DNA of 64,000 bases from positions 6,138,001-6,202,000 of the forward strand of contig CM074521.1 in assembly GCA_037379345.1 (NCBI GenBank), written 5' to 3'. Shown in pieces: positions 39,601 to 52,900 of the stretch. The translations under genes were made by a program, and so were the position numbers. This DNA comes from Perna viridis. Lineage: Eukaryota. The notes under the pieces were generated by a model. It saw only the letters and a program-made list of their open reading frames with translations, was not told the origin of the DNA and did no database searches. Position 1 is the first letter of the stretch. The number at the start of each line of letters is the position of its first letter.

Positions 39601-42600
39601 TCTCTTCTGTAATGTGTAACTTTCGAAAGTGTACATGCATCATTAATTTAAAAAAATAAAGAACTGAATGAATATAAATTCCGAAATCGTAGGGCAGAGG
39701 ACGAAGAGAAAAAAGACCACGTAGAAGAAAAGAAGGACGAAAAGGATGACAAAAATAGCAAATCTAAAGACAAAAACAAGAAAGAAGATAAGAAAGACGA
39801 AAAGAAAATTGAGGATGAAAACAAGGACAAGTAAGTACAATTCAGTGTAAAAAATTGTTACAGCGTTTTAGTGAAGTAATTGCCAAGTATTTCTTCATCA
39901 TTTAAAATAAAACAGTTAGATGATTTGATTTTAGTAAAACCAAAATAATGTTGTAAGTTGAAACTTTATTTCATATTTTGTTTTTGCAAAATGAAGAGTT
40001 TCTGTGGACGGGTTGTATTAAGTAAATTTAGGCAGACTGCTATGTATAAATATACCAAAGAAATCATACAACTAACAGCTTGTGATCATTATAACGTTAT
40101 ATATGTTACATCGTTGCCTGTATCAAATTAGGGCCATTTGGGTTGTCCCAACTATCCAGTTTTTGCCTTGATATTGTCATTGTCATATTGTTATATATGG
40201 ATTTTCCTACTTTTGGGTACTTATTTTGACATTGCCTAGAGTTTGCCTATTATTTCGATAATTTTGCTATAATTCTGTATTTACAGAGAACCTACCATCG
40301 ATGATTCTCTGAAGCAACTAGAAAGGAAGTATCAGCATTTTACAAAGGAATTTCTAGGAAGTGGAAAGTAAGTGAATAGTGCACTTTGCTTATGATAAGC
40401 TTTAAAAGGGTGGCTAGTGGGAGATATATATATATATATTGATCCATTGATCGCTTAGCATTGAAATTAGTTACATTGTTGGTTTGATATATATAATGAG
40501 CATGAATACCGGCGTTAAACTTTTCTCTTTGGAACAGAACATTATTACATTCTTCCTTCATGAGTCTAAGTTAAAATAGCGTCATACAATCTTAAACATA
40601 CATGAAATATGAAGGAATGGAATATCAAGCCACAGTGCAACAAATAAGTAACACAAAAAAAATCACACAAACATTCTGATATAAGACAAACATATTTATC
40701 TTGGACTACAGTTGAGTGTAATAACCAATACTCAAATTCATTTTAAAGAGTAAGCATTTGTCAAGAAGACCCCAATGGCAGTGACGTTACGTTGTATTAT
40801 CGTCCAGAGCAATACAATGAAATTGCTGACTGCACAGTTGGTCCATGTGAAATGAAAGACAGGAGTGCATGGATCAAGGACCTGCCACTTACGGAGGACC
40901 AAACATTGGTTTCTGATATTTACATTGTTCGAAACGGACCTTTAAAGACAAGCAGTGATGTTGAAATAGATTTCGTTGTACTACCTGTAGCAGGTGATCG
41001 ACCAATTATTGTCAAGGTCAACAGTGGGGGTAACTGGAATGATTTGGACGATGTACAACAGGTAATAAGAATTCGACAGATCTAATATCAGTTGATTTTA
41101 GGTTCCATAACTTAGGACAAGACCGTAAGCTCATCGACAACATTGAGTTATAATAAAATAAATTAATACATAGAAACACAATTCTGTTGAAAAATAACGG
41201 TTTTCTTGTACATACATTCTTTTTTCTTCGGCTCATGTTACATGTGACTGCAAAGCAGATGTACTGGTATATTTTCAAAACATCATCCATTGAAGTCTAT
41301 AACTTATTTGATTGGTTTTTTTTTCAGGAAGTGTCAGAAGCAAAAACGCACCTTTCATTCAAAATATCAAACTTGGAGGCTTTTATAGCATACACAGACA
41401 ATCCATCGGAAACAGTTGAAGTAACACCACAAGGATCAACATATACCAATGCTACAAATGAAAATGTGAAAGTTGTATTTCCACAAGACATAGTCGAATC
41501 CCCTGTTAAGGTTCAAATTAAGGTATGTGATCAATTGTTCATTCTAATATGACGTCCTTAACAGGCTTTAAGACCACAACTGTGGTCAAATTTCGATTGT
41601 CATATGAACAGCACGCGATTTATTAGGGTTGTCATTGGGCGTGGTTTGTGTGTGTGTAAATTAATGTCCACTTTAATCATGTAAAGAAACACACGTAACA
41701 CTCCGATGTGTATCAGCTGTTTTCATTCATTTCAGTATCACTCGGGGTAAAATAATGCGGCATAAATGGTCAGCCCGTGGTAAAATAATGATAAAATGGA
41801 GTTTCCGTGATTTATTTTTAAATACACAGGTATCCATATCCGATTCTGACAATGGTAGAGGTGATTTATGAGGCAGAAAAAAATCCTTGAACAAACAATA
41901 CTTGTATACCTTCATACTCCCATGTTTTAGGAAACTTAAGTCCTTTCAGCATGCAGATCTGTATTTTGGAGAGGAAAACACTTACATGCATCTCCGATAA
42001 AGAATACTTCAGAACAGGTATGTCAGCCCAATTTTTTTAATGGAAAAGCCAAGCATGAATGTTCACTTAAATATTCATCAGTATGCAATAATTATTTTGA
42101 AAATATCCTTCGCTCCCTTTCTTGTGATTTTGTCATGTTTCTATCTCATAGGTTGTTCATCATGACTCTCGGGAAGTCGCAACATATCGAGAAAAATGTC
42201 AGGACTCTGTGATGGGTATTGTGAGTCTATCAGACGCAGTTGAAATACGAAACGAAGGTGATGTTGATTTCAAAAAGAATACGACAGTGTTTGTTGGTAT
42301 GGATGATGCCAATAGCTCAGACAAAGACACAATCGTGGTAGTGATACGTTATACTGATAATGTGGTACAAGTGCTTGATAAGACGCAGTGTCGAATGACC
42401 AAGGAGGGGGACACCTACAAAGTCGAGTGCAAAGGAATTTGGAGGTATGGGTATTGTGAATTCAGAAACCGTTGCGTCCTTATTTATAAATGTTGTGTTC
42501 GTACTTCAAAATTACCTCATTTAATGTACTTTTGTTGTTCATCATTGGAAGAGTTTAGTGAGGTACACGAACGGTACATTCTGCTGAAATTGTAAATGAA

Positions 42601-45198
42601 TAAGACGGTTGGGTTTTCAGTTTTGTAAGAGAGTTTATATACTAAAACGTAAACTTACGTTCCTGTATGTTCGATGGAGTAGTAATGTTAAATTGGGAAC
42701 TAATCACTTGTTTCCATAAACTGCATATCAAATAAACTGACACACTTTGGTACGGGTTTCATCTTAGATCATTCCAGTTCTTATGTGTCAAATGTCCATG
42801 GAATTAGGCAGAAAACTACTGGGAAAATTCAAATAATGTTCTTAATATTTCTGTGTTTTCTTGTTTTCAGCTTAGCGGTTGCAAGGATTAAGAAAATCTT
42901 TTTGAACATGAGAGACTCTTTAAAGAAAGAATTTCTAGTAATGTCCGGGAAAGTGCAACTGTGTAATTTGGTGACATACATAGATGACTCGTCACGTGAC
43001 AAGGCAAAGGGCGGTGCAATGTTTTGGTTAGACGTCGTAGAAAAAAATATGCTCAGAGAGGACATTGAAATGAAATCACAATTAGGGTTCGTAGAGGTGA
43101 AACACAGCCGATCAAAGGATTTAGCTATACAACAAAACCAGACGTTTGACCTTGTACTGGAAGGTCAAGTGAAATTGACACTATCGTCTGCAACCAGCCA
43201 GCAGTTCAAAATGACATATCTTAAAGGTGCTGATAACCACCTGACAATACCCCTGGAAGTGAAAAGAGATCAGGAGAAAGACCCGTTTGCAACTTTTATT
43301 TTGACAGAGGAGGAGTCAGACACTCCTCAAAATGTGGTGTCTATTCCCGTTAGAGATTTATTTGAATTAAAGTCAGGTATGTACCAAAGTTAAATTATAT
43401 TGTATTTCAATAACCTTAATTTAAAGAAGTATGAATAAGTTATTCTGTACTTTCGTCAGTAGTTCTAATATTTTAAAGTGCATACATTATGCATAATTTA
43501 ATTTGAATTATAGGACTGAAGATTTTTTCCCATGTCGTCCGATATCTAATCCAGCTTAGAGAGCATACAATACAGCTATCCTCGCCTCAAGGAGTTTTTG
43601 TGAAAAACTACAGGATCAATGAAAACTAAATTCTATAACCACATAATATAATTATCGGGAACTGTGTTTGCAATTAAAATATATTTTCAATGTCGAAAAT
43701 TACAGCCTACTTTGAAAACATTTTAAAATGCTTTCACAGAAAGACTTTAAACGTAGCATCAGTAAAATGACATGGGTACCTTCTGGTATTTGTCTCTGGA
43801 TAACATTCTTTTGATTTCCGCTAGAATCTTTGTTCTCTTTACTACTCTTTTCAATTGAATTTTGACTTCACGTTTGCAGAGGACCTGGCATCACGGCCAC
43901 AAGTTAAACGAAGTGAAAACAACAACATGCGGGATGAATTAAGAAAGAAAGAAGAAGGTGAGATCGTCGGTCATATTTGTACACTTGATTGACTTTAAAA
44001 TGTGAATTTATATCAATTTTGCTATAAATGCAAGATACAGTGTGCAAGTAGGTCTTTAATAGACTTTCAAATATCTAGGGGGAAATATCTGCAAAGAGTC
44101 TTTAATACATAGAATAAAGAGGTAAATCTAAAAATATCGAACCCTAAGTGGTAGTCCATTCACAAGTAAATATTTTTTTCTTGTGTAAAGATGTCAAATG
44201 ATTGGTCGTTTTTTAACAATTCATTTTGTTACAACATACGAGAGATACTCGTTTCAACTAATTTTTTGTCTTCATGAATCACATTTTTTGTTTTACAACT
44301 CGTTTGTGCCAGTATAAGTGTTTCGTTACGTTGCCAATAATGACAATTAATGCATATGAACATGCATCATGCAATATTTGATTGAGGATTCGTCTTGATA
44401 AATTGACAGCGGTTTTTACTGGCTTCTTAAAGATGAAATCAGTCATTTAAAATGATACAATTTTGAAAAAAAAAATTTTTATTAAAGCCACACGTTCAAT
44501 TTTTGCAATACATATTTAATTTGCTCAAATTCTGGAAAGTATTAATATCTGCGGATACTTCTTCACTCTCTTAATTTACACAGTTTTGCAACGGAAACGT
44601 TTTATTTCCTGCTCTGATCACAGCAGTTAATATTTCCATTAAGATGATACATTTGAAACCTCTATTAAAATTGGCACAATTGGGTTCTTCAACAGAACTT
44701 CACTGTGAAAGTGTTGTTGTCGTTCAGGCATTTTCTTTTTAATTGTTTTGTTTCTTTTTTTTTCATCAACAAAAGCAATATAAAAGTGCACGTTTGCATC
44801 ATGGTGTTAAGCCCTGGATATCTTCAGTTAATTGAATTCAATTTGATCAAATTATTGTATATCATGTATATCTTATTTCAGCTGCTCGTTGTGTTCTTGC
44901 GCATGACAGTCTCATGGTCCTGTCAAGACAGCTTACAGAGAAAGACCTTAAAAAGTTAGCACTTCAACTTGGCGTAAGCCTCAGTCTTATAGAAAAAATT
45001 AAAGACCAAGTTGAAGGTGATACGGTTCGAACAAACTTTCAAACATTGTGTGAGTGGCGCGGGAAAACAGGGCGTGCAACAATGGTGGACTTCCTGGTAT
45101 CGTCATTGCGCACGTGTGGCAGAAGTGATTGTGCTAATGTTATCTCACATGTGAGAAGTTTACAAAGTGGTTTAATAAGGGAGGATTTTAAGCGATAA
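32631..45198 (+). CDS. Death-domain protein (~912 aa) with helical N-terminal region, charged linker, ZU5/UPA-like domains and C-terminal death domain (DTHD1/PIDD/ankyrin-like architecture)
   Basis: 16 GT-AG exons join in frame (2739 nt): 32631-32713, 33059-33148, 33435-33563, 34053-34142, 36377-36499, 37829-37930, 38810-38914, 39375-39470, 39693-39830, 40287-40367, 40749-41061, 41328-41522, 42152-42444, 42871-43376, 43880-43957, 44882-45198. ZU5-like segment VEVTPQGSTYT...VKVVFPQDIVESPVKVQIKV. Last exon has a death-fold pattern (LSRQLTEKDLKKLALQLGVS...NFQTLCEWRGK...LVSSLRTCGRSDCA). AATAAA at ~45302. The start codon is inferred. Confidence 0.82.
35893..36067 (-). mobile_element. Penelope-like 3'-end fragment in an intron of the death-domain gene
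   Basis: GAGTAATCAAGGGAACCAAGGTTATAGCGG...GGGAGCATGGACCA, nearly identical to 28378-28555. Confidence 0.82.
37010..37423. repeat. ~410-bp segment with an inverted copy at ~46178-46565
   Basis: CTGTCTGATTTTTAGAAAGACTGCTACTTAAG and GTACCAGTCCACATAAAATTCAGACACTG occur as reverse complements at 46178 and 46536. Confidence 0.85.
38405..38524 (+). repeat. ~30-bp minisatellite, 4 units
   Basis: GGGTCCTG(T/C)AAAGG.AGAAAGTTATGTG repeated four times. Confidence 0.85.
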
Positions 45199-46983
45199 AC
45201 ACATCTTTCAATACAGATTTTTTGCACCGTTGCTCAACCTATTATAATTTGTTCGAAAAAGCATTTTTTATATTAAATAAGTTCACTCCATTTGTGATGT
45301 TAATAAATCGAAAAATGAAACTTAAGAACAGAAGACGCGCTTACTTAAATTCAAACTTTTGATACCGGGGTATTGACAGCCAAGAATGGATGCTTACATG
45401 AAAAACAGATGTAAAACACAACAAACACACCAAAAATGCATATACTACCGGCCACCATCTTACTTTCGACGATTTTTTTTGCATTAAAAGTTACAAAGTT
45501 AATCAGCAACTCGGACTCCACTAAAAACTGGAGCATGGACTGGGTGGGGTACATAGGAATTTCCTATCTGTCAGTCGATCCACATTTCCTGTGAGGGCAA
45601 CGCCCCTAAATTCAAGATTTTTCAAAGGTTTGTGCATCATAAGCAGTTGTGTATGAAGAAATAAAATTGTTGGTGGACTCCAAAGGGAGATAATCCCTCT
45701 CAAGGGTTTTTTGTTACAACCTCGTTAGGCAGAGCTTCTAAGCGGTGAAGAAGTTTTGATCACTCGATTTTTAAGCAGGGGATCTTTAAGTAAGCTTGCT
45801 CATGGCATTTTTCGGTTCATATTTTGTTGATAGCTTGGTTTATAAAAGAAATAAAAATGTCTAACTTGCAAATTTGTTTTATTAAAAAATGCAGAAATAC
45901 CAAGGACATAACTAGGTTTAGAAAATTGTCCCTCGTACATTAATCAAATTTTCAAAGAACAAGGTTCAGCTTGATGGGTAGTTCTGTGTGTCAACCTTTG
46001 ACCTCAAGCCTATGCTTGCTATATCGTTATTCCAAAATTTTATAAACCTTTCCTCAAAGCAAACATTCTAAAAGGGGAAAAAACATTACATTCAAGCATG
46101 AAATGTACTGTTGACCAATTTATTTTTTCATTAATTTTCACTAAATTCAGATCTAGTGAAATCCATAAAATAAGTTTCTTAAGTAGCAGTCTTTCTAAAA
46201 ATCAGACAGGCAGGGGTTTCATGAATGTCAAAAACCCACCGAATTGTTTTAATTCTTGTTCAGAAACAGTAACTGATCACATAATTAGAGTCTTAGTTTT
46301 TCATTTGGTTGTTGTGCTTTAAAAAAAATATATAGATTGTACCTGAAAATGGCACTTGGCAAGAGTTATTGTCCTTGGTTTGGTTTCATTTGGTTGATTG
46401 TAGTGAAAGATGAATGTATAATTTCCTAAAAAGTACAGAAATGGTTATTGTTATGTTAAAGTATGGCATATATAGACTGAAAAAGCATCATTTGTTTGGT
46501 GGGTTTTTCTACATCAATAATCACTTTACCATTAACAGTGTCTGAATTTTATATGGACTGGTACTGAGAATACTTTTGATGTGTTTGAAGCAAAATTATA
46601 CAGCAGTAACATTGGGTTGACATAAAAACAATCTTGTTTCTGGTGATTGAATAAGTGTTTTCATTTTCAACATATGTGGTTATACAGAGCTGACCAAAAA
46701 AATGCAGAAATTTCCATAATCAGAAGTAAACATACAATAAATAAAAAGTACCTTAAATTCTGCTTTAATATGGAAGAAAATCATGTCAGTTTTCAATGAA
46801 CTGTGACAGGTCACATGACCAGATGTTGATGAATTGAACAAGGGTCAATATGCAGAATACAAACCTATATTTCCATTATTTATGCTGTATTTTTTTTCTT
46901 CAAAGACCACAATTCCTATGCCATTTAACACTGATCAAAAATGAAATAATTTATTACAAGATTAATAACAAGATAAAATACAA

Positions 46984-49900
46984 TCATAAGTCCGGAACGG
47001 TAACATTCATTTCTTCATCAGTTTCTATGCCTACCTCTTCCTGCAAAACAATAAAAACTTTATCAAGATGGATGAAATAGTAATCAAGGGAACCAAGATT
47101 CTAGATCGAAGAATGTAATCCAGAGACTGACCAGACATTGAAAACACAATCTAAACAAAGAATATAAAGTAACTACAATAATACATACAAAGTAACAAAA
47201 GGAAATAAGCAACTCGGACTCCACTAAAATCAGGGAGCATGGACCAGGTGCACCGGTAGAGTAAATGTCTTCTACTTTTCTGGGAATTGCTCATAAAAAG
47301 TCAAGTCCACGGTAGACGAAAGAGGACAGGAAAACTATGACATGTTGAACAAATCAGTTTTCATGATCCCCCTTAAATACCCTTTTGGATTCTTCAACCC
47401 CTGTAACTTTGGTGAAATTAATCAGTATTGAACTGCAAACTTCAAGTAGCTTTACCAACATTCCTAGAAATGAACACCGATACCCTGGCCAATAAAAATT
47501 TATTTGAGCCTTTAAGATTGATTGTAGAACTACCACAGATATTTTATGCATTTCAAGACAAGAACATTGTATCAAATGAACAGACCCTGCTTTGTACAAA
47601 TCCCACACAGAACAGGATTTTTGATGTGCTAGTTCAAAGATTTAAGAGCCATCACTCTATCTCCAATTTCCTGTATTCTTAGCAGAGAAGCAGTTACGAC
47701 CAATATTAAGTCTTTTTTTCCAACTTGGCTGAGGACCCACAACGGTCTCCAACTGAGGCATACACAATAACACAGAGGCTGTTTTGGGCTGGTAAAACAC
47801 TGCTTTGACTGGTAATAGAAGAACATTAAGAAAGTTGGCAAAAAACAGAAAAAAACAACAAAAAAAACAGGGATTCTGTCCTAGCAAGTCTCAAGCTAAA
47901 TTACAAGTATTTTGACTGTATCATTACTTACATAAAGCTGTTTCTTCGTCTTTGGATATCCTTCTAGTATAGCCCCTAATATGTCATTAGCCTAAAAGAA
48001 AAACAAAACTTCTACATTATTTATTGAGCAAATGTTTGAGATAGTGTAAAAAAAATAATTGTAAATCATTTTTGAGAATTTTTTTTTTTACATTTGTATG
48101 TAAAACTAAGAATGATAAAATTACTATTAGTTTCATTTAAAAAGCTTCTTTCAGTGGGGAGATAATTGGTGGGGAACATAACGGTAATTCTAGTTTTTGA
48201 ATATTACAAGGAAAAAAGTTCAGTTACAACAAACTTTCTTTTTGAAATATAAAAGAACATCAGATAAGTGTTCTTAATACATTTTTTTTTAAAATCCTAT
48301 AAACAAGTTTTCTAAGTTTGCTAATTAAGGAAAATTCCCTACAGAATTTATATATTGTTAAAAAACAACCACATTAAGATTAACTTATCTCGAAATCAGG
48401 TTTCACAACTGTTGGTCATCATTGAGAAAAATAAGGAAAATCTACGGGACAAAAATTATTAGGTTTGATCTACTGACGTTAAACCATCCAATAACCCAAA
48501 AAAAGTCTTTTACCAAAGATTTGTCTTTACTATTGTATACAAATAAGAAACAAACTAAAGTAAACATTTTACATGCTACTTTAAAGTATTTATAGAACAA
48601 ATTTTAGGTACCATTCTTTTCCTCTTCCGCCATTCTTTTACAAATTTTTCTCTTGACTTGTAAATCTGAAAGTTAGGAAAACAAATATACAAATAAAGTA
48701 ATAAATATGTAACAGTAATAACTTTTCAAATTGTATCGTCACTTTTCTTTTAACCGCTTATTAAAGTTGAATCATATAAACTTTTCTATAGAAGCTACTT
48801 TGTACATTCCAGATATACCCCACATAAACACTTCAATGCTTCTTTACGTCTAATTCTTGTACAAGAGGATAAATGTGACAACATTAAATACTGCAAAGTA
48901 TAAAATTGCCCATTTGATGGCAAAAAAAAAAAAAAAAAAAACCCTATACCTTACCTAACATGAATAATTTCTATGTCAAAAATGGTGGATTTGTTTCTGA
49001 CCATGTTTCACTATCTGCCTTATCTTAACATAGACAGACACTTTTATTATCATACCCTATCTTTTTCCCCAGGGGAAATCTGTACTGCACCTCCTTTCAG
49101 AACAGCTAGTTTTTCTTTACATTTCACACACTGAAAAAGTCGATACAATAGTTTAAATAAAAAGCTTCACCGAGCACAACATAATACTACCAAAATGGTC
49201 AAACCCTGAACAGTTGGGGCATGCGAGGACACGATATTTCTTTTTGACACACTTAAGCATAAGGACTCACAATGCATTATGGACACCACAATAAAATTTT
49301 CAAAATCATACAAAAATAAATAAGTCAATTCCTTCGGGTATGGCCCATTTGATCCCTTATAACATGAAAATGGTCCAAAATGCATAAAATCTGATGCATT
49401 TGTTTACCAGTAGAAAAACATTCTACATGGGTTTTAATATAACGCCTATTTTTACCCTTTTTGGCCCCTAAATAATTAATAGTACGGGCTATAACCTCAA
49501 AATTACATAGGAACCTTCCTTTAGTGGCTACTAATAGTTTATAAAAATTTCATAACAATTGGACTGCCAAAACTAAAGATATCACATGAAAATCAAGTGT
49601 CTTTGGACAATGACACCACCATACCAATAGACTACTGCAAATTTTTTGGGGTCATATAATACGACAATACATGTAAATTACGCACACTCTTCTAAACCTT
49701 TCTTTACTTTTAACTGTGAAACAAAATCCATGTTATTTATAAAAAGGAAAATGAAGCTTCCAATTAAATATTCTTTGCATCATTTCTGCTGAAATTCTTA
49801 TGGATTATCAAGCACTGATCCAAAGACAATGGGTCAGAGTATCTACTCCCCCATGAATTTTGCGGGGAAAAATTGTTTGCAGGAAATCTTGATTTTTTGC

Positions 49901-52900
49901 AAATTCTACCTCCATAACTTTTTTTTTACCTGGCTTGGCCAGACACTTAATTTCTATTATTGCCTACCCACCAAAGCAGATATCCTGCATTTGCCTCCGT
50001 TGAATGTTTATATATTTTAACCTTAACAAAGTCGCATAACAAATTTTACTAAACATTTGAATCTAATAAAGGCAGTTCCACAAACATCGAAGCAAAAAAT
50101 AAAACACCTTTTCGGCCATTTGAAACCACGACAAGAATCAGATGAACTTGGTACTGATTTAGCATGGCCTTATATAAGTATCTTATAATTGAATTCTGAC
50201 CTCATGTCCAAGCATTTCTAACTCTTTTTTTGCATCTTCTGTAGATATAGAGCTGTTCAAACCCTTTAATTCTAGAAAATAGACAAGAAACAATTTACAA
50301 AAGCAAATCTATCTGAGAGGTGGCTATAGTTAATGGTAAAGCATGATATACTGACCCTTCTGGTGCACTTGGGTCCATAAAAACATCTCAAATCGAGACT
50401 TTCCTAAAATCTTCCTCAGCTCAAATTCGACCAACAGATCACTTGAAACTGAAGATGCGAGGAAAAACAAAGGACTAGGAAATTCTCAACTTGAGATTTT
50501 TTTATGAAACTAAGGCCTGATGTCACTGTATTTTTTTTAAATTTTTGGTGAGAGTTCATATTTGCTAGTGTTTCAGTTTTTTCGCGTTGTCTTGTTTTCC
50601 TTATGTCCAGTTTGTATATGTAATTGAGTTTTATTCTGTTGTCCTCATAGGATATGTTTTTTGTCTCTGTTTCCTCTTTTCACATTTCGGCCATGTATTT
50701 GAGATTTTATATCTCCCAATTGTTTTTCTGTAATGATAACACATGACAAAAAAATCTTATTTTTCAAACTTCTTTCACAGTATGCATAACATTTTGTTCC
50801 TTTTCATAATAAAAGTAAGCATAATTTTTACATCTAACATTTTTTTTTGTGATCATGTGACATGGCAACAACACTGTTGAGAAGAAGAATGAAGTGAATA
50901 GGCCATGTCATCAAAAAAGACAATACTTCTCATACCAAAGTAGCCTTACACTGGACACCAGACGGCAAAAGAGAGGGAGACCTAAAACAACATGGAGGAG
51001 AACCATAGAAGCTGAGATGAAGGACAGAGTCCAAACCTAGAAAACTGTTGAAAGGATGGCCAAAGACCGCCACGGATGGAGATCCTTTGTTGCTGCCCTA
51101 CATGCAATCAGGTGTAAGGGGCAGTAAGTAAATATGTAAGATCATGCATCATTTAAACTTAAACCGTACAACAAATAAGCAACAGCATTGTTGAAATCAG
51201 AAATAAAGGTGTTAACCATAGAAGATTCTATCAAAACAGATCTCCATCTCAAAATTTCTCAAAGAGGGAGAATTTTTGTTTTCACAGCATGTTTTGACAA
51301 GAATTAAAGTAATTTATTACATTTAAGCATAAAATTCCAGTAAGATGGGAGATATTCCACTACAGGCGGGAGACTTGAATTAATGATGAAATATGGAGGC
51401 TCCCACCAAAAGCAGAAGACTTAACACCTATGTACCAGAGTCAAGTTTTCTATTCTCTTCCTGATTCTGTTTTACCAGTTCTGTTAGTTGACTTATCTTC
51501 ATGTCCATTTCCTTGATTTCATTGTCATCAACATCTGAAAATTGTGACTGAAACACAAGTAAAACGAATGAGTGATGACTGATTGTCTCTGAGTCATGAT
51601 AATGCATAACTAGAATGAATATGGTGAATAATGTGAAAGAGACAACAATCCCACCAGGATGAAAAATGTCAAGACCAAGGCCACCCATAGGTCTACAATG
51701 AATGACCAGAAAATCCTCACACCACAGGGCAAGCTGCAGCTGGCCCCAAAAACAATGTCTGATTGGGGTGGCATGCTTCTATGAGCTAACACAATAAATA
51801 TGCTCTATGGATATCAGACTGGTAAAAACATTCCTTTCTTGAAATGCATGAAATATCTGCAATAGAAAAGCACACCATAATCAATCAATCAATACAGTAC
51901 CAGGTAAATGTTTATCATTACATCCTTGTTGTATGAACCATCAGAAAAGGAAATTTTTAAATAAGGTAAAAAAAAATAAGCCATGTTTCCTGATACCAGC
52001 AAGAAAAAAAATAGGGTGGGTAGATAGGGGCATTATTTTTTAAAACATTTTACATTGAGTTAATTTGTAAACAATCTAGACTAAACAGTGTTGTAGCAAA
52101 AATTGCTAATAAAAGTTGAAGGTAGGCCAAAAAAATACGACTGGTATGGTAGCAGTAAACAGAGTGACATTTTGCCTAAGATTACCTGATCAGCAAAATA
52201 ACACTTCTGTTTTCCATTGACTTTCTCTTTTATTTTTCCTTGCTCAGTCAACATCTCACATGCCTTTGTAATTGCCTACAAATACAATGACTAAATTTAC
52301 CTATAGTGTTTAAAACATTAAACCAACAAAAACTTGCCTCAACCCCCTCCCCCACCAAATCACCTTATTCTTTTATACTGTACATGTATATGCATGGCAA
52401 AAACATTTTCAGATTTCAGTCCATAGTAATATCTAATATTTTTCTCTATAAACTGAAAAATGATATCTACATTGTATACATATTAACAACAGATTCATAA
52501 TATTCAAAGAATTTTACCACAAGCCTATGCATTCACTTTTTAAAAGTGAATATATTTGTTTATTATATAGATAGCAGTGATATACTGAATGTTCCCTGTG
52601 TGAAATTTTTTTTTTTAATTATATATGTAGGTCAGTACTCTTGGTTACACTGAAAATTACTTTAAAGTGCACGTAGGTATGTATATTGTTTCTGAGTTCT
52701 ACCATGGTGGTTGTTATATATTTAATTGTAAGCCATTTCTTTTCAAATCCACTCAGCAAGAATATATTTGTACATGTATATCATAATAGAAAAATTGTAC
52801 ATTTCTGCTACTATTTCTGCATGTAACACGTAACCATGTGGTGATTATCTTAAAAAAAAAAATAATAATAATAATAATTTGGGTTTGTACAGTTTCATAC

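Noticed and set aside
41328-42900. PIDD-type HFS autoproteolysis sites in the ZU5-like domains
   Set aside because: The equivalent positions read SNLEAF and KGIWSL; no HFS motif is present.
49682-49713. Possible extra PSMC3IP micro-exon (LKVKKGLEEC)
   Set aside because: 32 nt would shift the frame, and the flanking exons already give a complete HOP2.
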